This document shows positions 16,637 through 26,222 of a stretch of DNA of 64,000 bases, piece after piece. This stretch comes from a virus. The notes under the pieces were generated by a model, which had not been told where the DNA came from, ran no database searches, and was given only the letters and a program-made list of their open reading frames with translations. The stretch covers positions 32,001 through 96,000 of IMG/VR virus record IMGVR_UViG_3300031857_000054. The stretch is one strand, 5' to 3'. The translations under genes and the position numbers were made by a program. Position 1 is the first letter of the stretch, and each line of letters begins with the position of its first letter.

Positions 16637-17835
16637 GATGGCTAGTCATTCTACTCTTGTTTGCAAGTCCTCTGAAGGCTCAATTTACTTATTCTGGATA
16701 CTTGTACAATGCAAACGGTTCGGGCGCCTCTAACGTTCCCGTAAAAATATACAAGAGTACAGCAGGTGCTACTACTAAGTCAGGTACTTTTGCTAAGATA
16801 ACTTCAGGTATTCCTTCAGATAGAGGACGAGGAACTTCAGTACTTCACTCAACTGCTAACACAGATGAAAAGTCTGTGGCTATTACATTTCCTTCTGGCT
16901 TTAGTCCTTCTTACGCAGGAACTAGCTATTCTTCAGGCCACGTTAACGCTAACTCTTGGTTTACTTTTGGAACAAGTTCTAGTACTGGATACAACGGAAA
17001 TGCTACTAGTCCTAATCAACCTACTATCCATATTGGGTCGGTGGATAATGGCTCAACAGATAACAACGTTTCTTATGTATCAACTGAAAGTTACACTGAT
17101 GGAACTTACGGTGATGTGTTTAGAGTAAGATACGAGGGTAACTGTAAGTACAACCAAACGGGAATCAATTATGTTTGGGATTTATACTTTATTAAAAACC
17201 AAGCCTCAAAGCAGATAGTGGTTTGGAGAACATTCACCGCAGACGGTTCCAACCAAGAAATAATGGGTATATCTACAGGTAGTGCTTGGATGGCAAGTAC
17301 TCTCGTTACTACTGGTTCTTTTTCTGGCACTAGTTGGGAGATAAACACAACCTCAACCACTACAACAAGTTCTAATGTACTTGACGCTACTGCATATACT
17401 AACTCATCGGGATACTACTCTTTCTCAAGAACTACAGTAGCAGGTAATCAATTCACTATTCAAGTCGATGCTCCAACTAGGATTCAAGCCTACACAAACT
17501 CAGACATCCAAGCAATATCAGACCTCATCCTCAATAAAGTGGTTAAGACTGGGTTGACTTTTCAGATGTTTGACGTAAACGATGACTCTAAAATAACTGT
17601 AGCAGATAAATACTACGTAGCGGCAAGAAAGGCTGGAAGATTTTCTAAGTGGAGAATAGCACCTGATGTCCGTATCTTTACAACAGCACAATATGATGCT
17701 ATCAAAGCTGCCACAACAAATGTAAGAGGAACTTATCCTGGAGTCAGTACTTATACTACTTCTACTCTTACTTCTGGAGGAAGTTTAAGTCTTTACCTAA
17801 TAGCACCTGGTTATGCAGGACAAGTAACATACTAA
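16633..17835 (+). CDS. Secreted dockerin-like protein with an inserted ~200-aa domain; partial paralog of 11976-13865
   Basis: Signal peptide KA|Q; DVNDDSKITVAD Ca-loop; AGRFSKW...DVRIFTTAQYDAI aligns with AGRFSSW...DVMFFTVAEYNAI. Confidence 0.65.
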   Translation: MRWLVILLLFASPLKAQFTYSGYLYNANGSGASNVPVKIYKSTAGATTKSGTFAKITSGIPSDRGRGTSVLHSTANTDEKSVAITFPSGFSPSYAGTSYSSGHVNANSWFTFGTSSSTGYNGNATSPNQPTIHIGSVDNGSTDNNVSYVSTESYTDGTYGDVFRVRYEGNCKYNQTGINYVWDLYFIKNQASKQIVVWRTFTADGSNQEIMGISTGSAWMASTLVTTGSFSGTSWEINTTSTTTTSSNVLDATAYTNSSGYYSFSRTTVAGNQFTIQVDAPTRIQAYTNSDIQAISDLILNKVVKTGLTFQMFDVNDDSKITVADKYYVAARKAGRFSKWRIAPDVRIFTTAQYDAIKAATTNVRGTYPGVSTYTTSTLTSGGSLSLYLIAPGYAGQVTY

Positions 17836-17836
17836 C

Positions 17837-18277
17837 ATGAAAAAACTAATCATACTCTTAATCCTAGCATTTGCAGGTTCGTTGAATGCACAATGCTACA
17901 AAATTGACACCGTTAGAAACCACACACAACTAAGAACTATTGCAGGTAGGCCTGTAGACTTTGGTATAGTGGCAACGGCTGAACAACTTATCTCTGCCAA
18001 GTATTCGCTGTGCGATACAGGCATTGGAGTTGACCTTGCAATTAACACAATTGCTATGCCTCAAAGACTAATTAACATTGCAGGGTTGCAGTTTTTAAAG
18101 AGGGACTATGTAGTCAATATGTCCATCACAGCTAATAACATTACACATTATTCTAGGAACGTAAAGACCGTTTATGTCAATGCTATGTTCCTAACTGTAG
18201 AGGACATTCCTCACAACAAAAAAGCATACTCTAGGGCAGTAGAGAAGTGCTTAATAGATTTAGTTAAGGAGTTGTAG
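17837..18277 (+). CDS. Small secreted alpha/beta protein
   Basis: Signal peptide NA|Q; terminal helix YSRAVEKCLIDLVKEL; last gene of the operon. Confidence 0.65.
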   Translation: MKKLIILLILAFAGSLNAQCYKIDTVRNHTQLRTIAGRPVDFGIVATAEQLISAKYSLCDTGIGVDLAINTIAMPQRLINIAGLQFLKRDYVVNMSITANNITHYSRNVKTVYVNAMFLTVEDIPHNKKAYSRAVEKCLIDLVKEL

Positions 18278-18366
18278 CCCGTATTTACTGGGGTTTCCAG
18301 TTATAATCTTATCTTAACTTTAGTTGTTAAGTTTTTAGCTTAACTTACTTAGTTATAACTTTAGAC

Positions 18367-18396
18367 TTGACTTTTTATATTAGGATAGTATATTTG
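18367..18396 (+). promoter_or_regulatory. Bacteroidota sigma-A-type promoter
   Basis: TTG-N19-TATATTTG. Confidence 0.75.
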
Positions 18397-18426
18397 CATT
18401 AGTTGTAACAGACAACCAACCATATT

Positions 18427-18807
18427 ATGAAAAAACTTTTGCGAAAGTACCCTGACCCTATTTTAATTCACAGGGATTACATTGATGTCTTGCTGAGGCT
18501 AGCAGGTTATCGCTTATCTGATTTATCAGTAACAATTTTAGCATACTCTAGTTACAGAAAAGCATTGACCTCTGAGACTAAGAAAGAGATTGCGGAAAAG
18601 TTTAACACAAGCATCCAAGTAATTTCTAACACAATCACCAAGTTAAGAAAACAACAGTTATTGTTGAAGAACAACTTGAATCCTAAATTGAAACCAGAAA
18701 ACGACAACCAATCAGCATTAACCATTTATTTTACTCTAGAGCCTAAAACTAAAATAAGAAAAACTGTATTGTCAGAAAGTAACATAACGGAACAGACTCC
18801 TGCATGA
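18427..18807 (+). CDS. Helix-turn-helix DNA-binding protein
   Basis: KKEIAEKFNTSIQVISNTITKLRKQQLL winged-HTH pattern. Confidence 0.65.
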   Translation: MKKLLRKYPDPILIHRDYIDVLLRLAGYRLSDLSVTILAYSSYRKALTSETKKEIAEKFNTSIQVISNTITKLRKQQLLLKNNLNPKLKPENDNQSALTIYFTLEPKTKIRKTVLSESNITEQTPA

Positions 18808-19364
18808 GAAAAGACCTTCAAATAGAACTCAAGGTATTTGGATTGTATAGTACGGCAGCCAAAGAGTTAAAGTGCACTAGCTCAGAGGTAGATGAAGTTT
18901 ATTCTTGGTATTTAGGAGAAATCGTAGAATCCCTAAAGAAGACCGAGACCAAACAAGTCTACCTCAAAGGCTTAGGACGCTTAAGAGCTAATCCTGCATG
19001 CATACCAAATATCCTATACTATAATATTGTAAGGTACATAGACATGGCTGGGTTTATGGTAAAGTTCCCAAAATACCACACCAAAAGTAGAGCAAACTTT
19101 ATGACTGTTATCTACGAGAACTACAAAAAACTATACGAAGAGGGTTTGAAGAAGATGGACATTCTTATAAATGAACCTATATTTGATAAGCCTATGTATC
19201 ACAAACAAAGACAAAGGCTAGTTAACTTTAACCAAGACAGATTAGAAAAACTATATGAATCCATTTGCAGACTACATGAAGCTGCTGAAGCAGGGAGTAA
19301 AGAACGCGGACAAGATAATCGAGGGGATCAGCAACAAGACATTGAAAGAATTCAATTTACTTAA
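18804..19364 (+). CDS. HU/IHF-like protein
   Basis: Two helices then VYLKGLGRL, the HU/IHF strand motif; IHF-like genes are common in crAss-like structural regions. Confidence 0.5.
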   Translation: MRKDLQIELKVFGLYSTAAKELKCTSSEVDEVYSWYLGEIVESLKKTETKQVYLKGLGRLRANPACIPNILYYNIVRYIDMAGFMVKFPKYHTKSRANFMTVIYENYKKLYEEGLKKMDILINEPIFDKPMYHKQRQRLVNFNQDRLEKLYESICRLHEAAEAGSKERGQDNRGDQQQDIERIQFT

Positions 19365-19629
19365 TGAAGATGATCAGAACCGTATCTCAAACCGAATGGA
19401 CATATGTAACGCTTGTCCCTTCAACTCTACTAATGCTAGAGTATCTCCAGAGTACATGGCACTCACGGGTGTCCCATACGCTACTGGAAGAACCGAATCA
19501 CACTGTGCGTTATGTGGTTGTGTAATTGAATTTAAAACATCTTGTTTGAGTTGTAACTGTGGAATAGAAACTTGGAACCAAAGACATCCAGAAAAGAAAC
19601 AAGAACTAAAGTGGACCAAAAAACCTTAA
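19255..19629 (+). CDS. Cys-rich putative zinc-binding protein
   Basis: RMDICNACP...HCALCGC...C...W pattern. Confidence 0.6.
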   Translation: MNPFADYMKLLKQGVKNADKIIEGISNKTLKEFNLLNEDDQNRISNRMDICNACPFNSTNARVSPEYMALTGVPYATGRTESHCALCGCVIEFKTSCLSCNCGIETWNQRHPEKKQELKWTKKP

Positions 19630-19640
19630 CACCTACTAAT

Positions 19641-19799
19641 ATGAAAAAACCATCAATCAAATCAAGAGCTAACAAGGTAGAAAACCTTAAGAAAGCTTTC
19701 CGTATCCTTAACGGTTGCGGAGGAAACAAAGGCACTAAGTGCGGAGTTGAAGTTTACTATATGCCAGCAGATAGTAAGCTACAAGAGATTAAAGCTTAA
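19641..19799 (+). CDS. Small basic hypothetical protein (start ATG 19641)
   Basis: 52 aa in operon context. Confidence 0.5.
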   Translation: MKKPSIKSRANKVENLKKAFRILNGCGGNKGTKCGVEVYYMPADSKLQEIKA

Positions 19800-19802
19800 C
19801 CA

Positions 19803-20006
19803 ATGACAAAACAACCAACCAACCGTTTAAAACCTGAGAGTAAACCTACTTTCCAAGACAAGTTATTTCTAGTAACTAAAGTCTTTTGGAAAGCAGGTTA
19901 CTCCTATGGTAAAACAGGAAGGAATGAAGATTTTTATGCTCGTGTACTGGAAGACTTTGCAGTCATGCCTGAAGACGAGTTTATAGAAAAATACGAATCG
20001 CTTTAG
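19803..20006 (+). CDS. Hypothetical protein
   Basis: 67 aa, tightly packed in the operon. Confidence 0.55.
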   Translation: MTKQPTNRLKPESKPTFQDKLFLVTKVFWKAGYSYGKTGRNEDFYARVLEDFAVMPEDEFIEKYESL

Positions 20007-20007
20007 T

Positions 20008-20325
20008 ATGGCACAGAAAAAACAATCTTACATCTCAGCTGAACTAGAGTGGGCAGAGGAGAAACTTAGAGAATGGAGACAGTATGTGGATTCAAATCCA
20101 CTACATTCTTTAAAAGACCGAGTAGAATGGAAACCAACTTCTAAAGGTGGTTCTATTCCTATGGTAATTGCTTCTATTGAACAACAGATTAAATCAATAC
20201 GTGATACCATGAAAGAGTATCTTGCTCTTTTAGATGTGGTAGATAAACTTCGTGAGAAAGAAGAAGCCAAACTTGAGATACGTGGTTCTCAAGAAGTTAA
20301 TGGCAAGATGAGTAAATTTATGTAA
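20008..20325 (+). CDS. Putative terminase small subunit or conserved helical protein
   Basis: 105 aa helical protein immediately upstream of terL; function from position only. Confidence 0.4.
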   Translation: MAQKKQSYISAELEWAEEKLREWRQYVDSNPLHSLKDRVEWKPTSKGGSIPMVIASIEQQIKSIRDTMKEYLALLDVVDKLREKEEAKLEIRGSQEVNGKMSKFM

Positions 20326-20326
20326 T

Positions 20327-22327
20327 ATGCATTTAGATAGTCCAGAGTTTTTTGTCAATATGAAGTCTGTTCCTGATAAGGAATCGTCAGAATATGTTTC
20401 TTTTTGGGAAGCAGAAGATAAAAAGATTACAGAGGGTATTACCATTAATGGGTTTCACTTTTCTCCTTTTATCTATTGGCATTTAAATTACTGGTCTATT
20501 TATGTAGATACAATGGTAGGCAAAAGACAAGTTCGTAAGTTAGATCGCCCTCAGTTATGGGATACTTACTTGGCTGTCGATGAAACTATCAATAGAGCAG
20601 AAAATCATCCTGACGGAAAGAAGGGAGTTGTGATGGTAGGTTCACGACGTATCTCTAAGTCAGTATTGACTTCCTCGTATATGACCCATAAAGCAGTAAC
20701 CCAAAAAGGTAGCGACAATCTTATCTCTGCTTTGAATGGGCCTGACTTAAAAATTATAACAGAGTACGTAGACTTAGGTTTACGTAATCTTCCAGAATAC
20801 TTTAAGTTTCCCCGTATTGAAGATGATTGGAAGAGACAAGTAACTCTTGGATACAAAGACAAACAAAACGTAAGACATGAATGGTCTAAATTTCACATCC
20901 GAAACTTTGACGAAGGCAACAATACGGAAGCAGCTGCTGGTCTTACTCTATCTTCTTTTATGTTGGAAGAAGGAGGAAAAGGAAAGATTCTCAATTGTTT
21001 GGCGGCAACTACTCCTTGTTTTGACAGTCCATATGGATGGCGTTGTTCTCCTTTTGTCATTGGGACTTCGGGAGATATGACAAAGGCAGGGGATTTGGAA
21101 GAGCTTTTCAATAACCCTGAAGCATACAATTTTCTTCCTGTAGAGTCACTTGACTCTGGTAAATCCTATGGTTTGTTTATCCCAGGAACTAAATCTTTGA
21201 AGGTACCAAAAGAACCAAAATCTCTTGGACTTTACTTAGAGAATGCGGAACCATCGGAATTAGACGATATAACAATTTGGGTATCTGATGAAGACAAAGG
21301 AAAAGAATTAATCTTAAAGTCTAGAGAACAAATTAAGAAATCTAGTGGTCTAGAAGCATACTTGAAGGAGGTAATGTATTATCCTCTGACACACGAAGAA
21401 TGTTTCCTAGAACTTTCGCAAAACATCTTTCCTGTGGATCTTCTTCAGGAACAATTGCAAAAGATTACATCACTAGATGCAAATCCAGATTACGTAGAAC
21501 TAGTGCAGAAGTCAGATGGAAGCATTGGTCATAAGTTTACAGATAAGAAACCAGTTCAAAACTTTCCTTCTAAACCAACAGATAACTTAGAAGGTGCAGT
21601 TCAGATTTGGGAGTATCCTATACTAGGGGCACCCTATGGTCTTTATACGGCAGGAACTGACCCATATAAACAGTCACAAGCTAAATACTCAACCTCTTTA
21701 GGCTCTACTTATATTTACAAACGTGTGCATGATATTGCAGGGGAAGGGTGGCAGAACATAGTAGTAGCAGCGTACACAGGTCGTCCTAAAAAGATTGAAC
21801 AGTGGTATGAGATGACAAAGATGTTATTGAAGTACTATAACGCTAAGACACTTTGTGAAAACATGGATATGGGATTCATTCAGCATTGTATTGAAAAGAA
21901 CGAATCTGCTTTTTTCTTAGAACGCACACCCTCATTCTTAAATGACATCCACCCTAGTAGTGCAGTAAATCGTGAGTATGGAATACATATGACCAGTGAT
22001 ATTAAAGATTACTTGAACTCACTGATTATAGAATACATCACAGAAGTTATAGAAAGAGAGACAGATGCAGAGGGTAACGTCGTAAAAGAAAGATTAGGAG
22101 TTACTAGAATACTTGACCCTCTACTGCTTAAAGAATTAATTAAGTTTACTCCCAAATTAAACGTCGACCGAGTTATTTCTTTTGGCCTTACTCTTGCTAT
22201 GGCAAAATCCTTAAACAGCAAATCAGTAATAGTATCTTCTACACAGGATTCTCGCATGCAAGAGTACTTTAAATCCATGAAATCAAAACAACTTTTCAGG
22301 ACAACAAGAAGCCCTTTTAGGTATTAA
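20327..22327 (+). CDS. terL: Terminase large subunit
   Basis: Walker A-like VGSRRISKS, Walker B FMLEEGG, coupling motif GTSG, nuclease motifs AGTDPY and VDRVISFG; upstream of portal. Confidence 0.92.
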   Translation: MHLDSPEFFVNMKSVPDKESSEYVSFWEAEDKKITEGITINGFHFSPFIYWHLNYWSIYVDTMVGKRQVRKLDRPQLWDTYLAVDETINRAENHPDGKKGVVMVGSRRISKSVLTSSYMTHKAVTQKGSDNLISALNGPDLKIITEYVDLGLRNLPEYFKFPRIEDDWKRQVTLGYKDKQNVRHEWSKFHIRNFDEGNNTEAAAGLTLSSFMLEEGGKGKILNCLAATTPCFDSPYGWRCSPFVIGTSGDMTKAGDLEELFNNPEAYNFLPVESLDSGKSYGLFIPGTKSLKVPKEPKSLGLYLENAEPSELDDITIWVSDEDKGKELILKSREQIKKSSGLEAYLKEVMYYPLTHEECFLELSQNIFPVDLLQEQLQKITSLDANPDYVELVQKSDGSIGHKFTDKKPVQNFPSKPTDNLEGAVQIWEYPILGAPYGLYTAGTDPYKQSQAKYSTSLGSTYIYKRVHDIAGEGWQNIVVAAYTGRPKKIEQWYEMTKMLLKYYNAKTLCENMDMGFIQHCIEKNESAFFLERTPSFLNDIHPSSAVNREYGIHMTSDIKDYLNSLIIEYITEVIERETDAEGNVVKERLGVTRILDPLLLKELIKFTPKLNVDRVISFGLTLAMAKSLNSKSVIVSSTQDSRMQEYFKSMKSKQLFRTTRSPFRY

Positions 22328-22426
22328 ACTACACTTATTTTAAAATTTTGGGTATCAAAATTAAGATTTGGTATTATTTTTACCGCTAGTTATACTTTAT
22401 AAGTTAATACATTAACATCCATTGTT

Positions 22427-24877
22427 ATGATCATAGAAGCACTCAAAGAGTACACTGATGCACTGAATCACGCATACTTTTATCCAGAGCAATTTGTTTC
22501 TGCAGCCAAGAAACAAAAGCCTCAGTGGATTAAATCTACCCTTGACTACTTTGCAAATATTGCATTTGCCCAGTACCGACAAAACATAAAATTCAGAAAA
22601 AACTACCGTCTATTTAACGGAGAGTTTAACTTTGATGATTACACCAATGAGCCCCAGATACAAGAAATTATTAGTTACCTTTCAGATACTCCTGATCAAG
22701 AGCCAGAAATTCCTCAGCATCTTAAGCATTATCCAATAGTCAACCCACCTATCAATCAATTAAAGGGTGAGTTAATTAACAGACCATTTAAGTATAAGGT
22801 CAAAGCTGTTGACGATGCGAGTGTAGATGAGAACATTGACTTCCGTACTGACTTAATTAAAGAGTTCTTCATGAATAAAATGATGGCTCGTTTAGAAGGA
22901 GTACCTGAAGAACAGTTACAGCAGATTCAAGAAGAGATGATGGCTGAGATTCAAAACAAAATCTTGGACTACACTTCTACTGCCGAAGAGTGGGGCAACA
23001 AAGTACTTAATGCACTTAAGTATAGTTTCCGTTTAAAAGAAAAGTCTAGTCAAGGTTTCTTAGATTTCTTGATTACAGGACAAGAGTTTCACCACTTCTA
23101 CCCAGACAATTCAAGAATCGGATTTAACTACAAAGTAGAAAACCCATCTAACGTATGGTACTTAGCTAATCGTAATGCTATGTATACTACTGATTGTTGG
23201 GCTTTAGGTACTATTGAAGTTCTTTCTATGTCTGAAATAGTAGAGAGATATAATCTTTCTGGTGAAGAAGTTAAGCACTTGAATAGTCGTTCTTTACAGA
23301 ATCTTCGTAACAACGAATATTCTCCATTGTCTCCTGCACTTCCAGACCCTAATGACCCATTGTGGCAGTTGACATTTGAGAACGTGGGTGACTTTGCCAA
23401 TGGAGGTATTGACCACAACGTATTCTCGTTCAACTCTCAACACGCCTACACAGTAGTTACTTGTTACTGGCAGTCTAAAAAGAAGATATATAAGCGTCAG
23501 TACATAGACGAACAAGGATACCTTCAAGAACAATTTGTAAGTGAAGACTACAAGTACGATAAAACTATGGGCGATATTGCTCTAGATGAGTTGTGGATTA
23601 ACGAATGGTGGAAGGGTATTAAGATTGGTGCTGACATCTACATTGATGTAGAGCCTCTAGAGTATAGCCAAACTCCTCCAATTGTAGGTATTGTAAACAC
23701 TACTCGTAATACGCAAGGCAAATCCTTGCTTGATCTTCTTAAGCCTTACCAAGTTCTTTACAACATTTGTATGAACCAGTTGTGGGAGTTACTTGAGAAA
23801 GAGATTGGTGTGGTATTCTTGGGTGACTTAAAAGTAGTGCCTAAGAAAGATTCTCAAGATCCAATTGAGACAATGCTTTGGAATGCCAAGAATCGTGGTA
23901 CTTTGTTTATTGATACATCTCCAGAGAATACTGGTGGAGCTGTTCAGTTCAACCAAATGTCTCGTGTAGACTTGACTAGAACTGCAGAAATTCAATCTCG
24001 TATCCAATTGGCACAAGCTCTCCGTACAGAGGCATACGAACTTATTGGTGTAACTCGCCAGCGTCTAGGTTCAGTAACTCCCTCTGAGACGGCTACTGCT
24101 ACTAAAGAAGGACTTACTCAATCATTCTCTCAAACAGAAACATGGTTTGCTTGGCATGATAACGTAATGCAACAAGTATATCAAACAATGTTGGAGATGG
24201 CTCAGTATACAGAATTGCAAAAGCCTACCTCTACTTTGAACTACTTAAACTCAGAATTGGAAACTGTATTCTTACGTATAACTAAGAATGAGTTACTCCG
24301 TGAGTTGTTTGTATTTGTGACATCATACGCTGAGGATAGAGTAACACTTGAACAGTTGCGTTCGTTGGCTCAACCCGCACTTCAGAATGGTGCAGAGTTG
24401 ATTGAGATTTTTGACCTGTACACCGCTGCCTCAGAACGTTCACTTCGTCACGTATTAGAAGGCGTACAAGAACGTAAAGCTCAATTGCAACAACAGCAAA
24501 TGGCACAACAGCAACAACAGATGGAAATGCAACAACAACAATTCCAAACTAAACTTGCTGCAGATGCTGAACAAAAACAACAAGATGCACAACGTGAGGA
24601 TATGAACAAAGAACTCGACCGTCAGAACAGACTTGACGTAGAGCGTCTGCGTGGTATTGCTAACGAATCTTCTTTCTCACAAGACAAAGATTTGACTCCT
24701 CTATTGATACAACAAGCTAACTTGGCTAAGGAACAATCTAAGATGCGATTTGAGCAACTTAAGAATGCTGACCAAGTTAGTCTTAAGAGTAGAGAGTTAG
24801 ATTTAAAGGAAAAAGACATCGATACTAAGCTGCAAATAGCTAAGCAAAACAAGAATAAATACGATAAGAAGAAATAA
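22427..24877 (+). CDS. Portal protein (crAss-like)
   Basis: 816 aa after terL; HYPIVNPPINQLKGE, WINEWWKG, ELIGVTRQRLG; Q-rich C-terminal coiled coil. Confidence 0.9.
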   Translation: MIIEALKEYTDALNHAYFYPEQFVSAAKKQKPQWIKSTLDYFANIAFAQYRQNIKFRKNYRLFNGEFNFDDYTNEPQIQEIISYLSDTPDQEPEIPQHLKHYPIVNPPINQLKGELINRPFKYKVKAVDDASVDENIDFRTDLIKEFFMNKMMARLEGVPEEQLQQIQEEMMAEIQNKILDYTSTAEEWGNKVLNALKYSFRLKEKSSQGFLDFLITGQEFHHFYPDNSRIGFNYKVENPSNVWYLANRNAMYTTDCWALGTIEVLSMSEIVERYNLSGEEVKHLNSRSLQNLRNNEYSPLSPALPDPNDPLWQLTFENVGDFANGGIDHNVFSFNSQHAYTVVTCYWQSKKKIYKRQYIDEQGYLQEQFVSEDYKYDKTMGDIALDELWINEWWKGIKIGADIYIDVEPLEYSQTPPIVGIVNTTRNTQGKSLLDLLKPYQVLYNICMNQLWELLEKEIGVVFLGDLKVVPKKDSQDPIETMLWNAKNRGTLFIDTSPENTGGAVQFNQMSRVDLTRTAEIQSRIQLAQALRTEAYELIGVTRQRLGSVTPSETATATKEGLTQSFSQTETWFAWHDNVMQQVYQTMLEMAQYTELQKPTSTLNYLNSELETVFLRITKNELLRELFVFVTSYAEDRVTLEQLRSLAQPALQNGAELIEIFDLYTAASERSLRHVLEGVQERKAQLQQQQMAQQQQQMEMQQQQFQTKLAADAEQKQQDAQREDMNKELDRQNRLDVERLRGIANESSFSQDKDLTPLLIQQANLAKEQSKMRFEQLKNADQVSLKSRELDLKEKDIDTKLQIAKQNKNKYDKKK

Positions 24878-24922
24878 GAATTTCACTTTATCTATATTTA
24901 CACACTCACTTTTTTTAACCTA

Positions 24923-24952
24923 TTGTGTTAATTTTTTAATAGGTTAACTTTG
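24923..24952 (+). promoter_or_regulatory. Bacteroidota sigma-A-type promoter of the capsid operon
   Basis: TTG-N19-TAACTTTG. Confidence 0.7.
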
Positions 24953-24981
24953 AAAACAGACAAACCAACCAACTAATTGTC

Positions 24982-26193
24982 ATGAATAACAACCCAAACG
25001 ACGACCAATTAGGTTTAGACAACCTAGAGTTCTTTGAAAATTTTGCTACTGATGATCCCCTAGAGGATCCCCAGTTTGATCCCAACGCTAATCTTGCCCC
25101 TGATATTTTGGGTGGCGAGAAGATGGACTTAGAAGACGATGACCTTCCTATGGGAGGACAAGGTAAAAAACCAACGGCTCCTGCAACTCCTGCCACTCCT
25201 CCAGCCTCTACTCCTAATGAAGAAGAAGAGGAAGAAGAAGACGATGACAACAAGTCTGCAGGCAACCAAGAGCTAGAAGATGATGACTTAGAAGATGATT
25301 CTGACGACATTAACTACTACGAAGCTTTTGGTAAAGGATTGCTGAAGTCAGGACATTTTGATTTAGGTGAGGAAATTGATCCTGACCAAGTAGAATGGAC
25401 TGAAGAAAGTTTCCTTGAAATGATGTCTGCTACCGTTGAGAACAAAGCGTGGAAACAACTAGAGGAAATTGCTACTGAGGCTTATGGTCCAGAAGGACTT
25501 GAATTGGTGAAAGACCTTTTCATTAATAAAGTCCCTGTACAACAATACCTTTCTAAGTTCAACGAACAAGTTGCACTTGAAAATGTTGACTTGACTAATC
25601 CTCAGAACCAAGAAGCTATCTTCCGTGAGTATCTTTCTCGCACTGGTTTAGACCAAGATGAGATTGATGAACAACTTGAATATGCTGTCAAGACTAATAA
25701 ACTTGAGAACTTCTCAGAAAAGTACTACGTAAAATTACTTGAACGTAGTAGACAAGAGAGAGAAGTGTTAGCAGAACAAAGTGCTCAGAAACAAAGAGAA
25801 GCACAAGAAAGAGAAAATGCAAGACAAGAATCTTACATTAAAACTTTGGAAGGTGCAATCAAGACAGGAGATATTAACGGCTTCCCTATCAATCAGAATG
25901 AAGCAGCTAACTTATTTGACTATGTAACTAACAAAAGTTATCAGTTACCTAACGGTCAAAAGATTAGCGAGTTTGAGTTTACCTTGGCAAAGATGCGTCA
26001 AGAAGATCCTCAAAAGTTTCTAGCAGTAGCAAGGTTAGTTCAATCTAACTTAGACCTAGCTCCAGTTAAGAAGAAAGGTGTAAGTGAGGAGACTAACTCA
26101 ATTTTCCAAGAACTGCAAAAAAAGTCTAAAAAAGGACCTAAAGGAGAACCTAGAAAAGAGACCCAACTCTTTAGTAATTTCTTCGGTAGATAA
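24982..26193 (+). CDS. Acidic putative capsid scaffolding protein
   Basis: D/E-rich N-terminus and helical C-terminus, between portal and MCP as in crAss-like genomes. Confidence 0.65.
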   Translation: MNNNPNDDQLGLDNLEFFENFATDDPLEDPQFDPNANLAPDILGGEKMDLEDDDLPMGGQGKKPTAPATPATPPASTPNEEEEEEEDDDNKSAGNQELEDDDLEDDSDDINYYEAFGKGLLKSGHFDLGEEIDPDQVEWTEESFLEMMSATVENKAWKQLEEIATEAYGPEGLELVKDLFINKVPVQQYLSKFNEQVALENVDLTNPQNQEAIFREYLSRTGLDQDEIDEQLEYAVKTNKLENFSEKYYVKLLERSRQEREVLAEQSAQKQREAQERENARQESYIKTLEGAIKTGDINGFPINQNEAANLFDYVTNKSYQLPNGQKISEFEFTLAKMRQEDPQKFLAVARLVQSNLDLAPVKKKGVSEETNSIFQELQKKSKKGPKGEPRKETQLFSNFFGR

Positions 26194-26222
26194 AATATAA
26201 GCACACATAAACTAAAAATAAA

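Noticed and set aside
24480-24600. CAA/CAG-rich repeat in the portal gene
   Set aside because: Encodes the Q-rich coiled coil common at portal C-termini.
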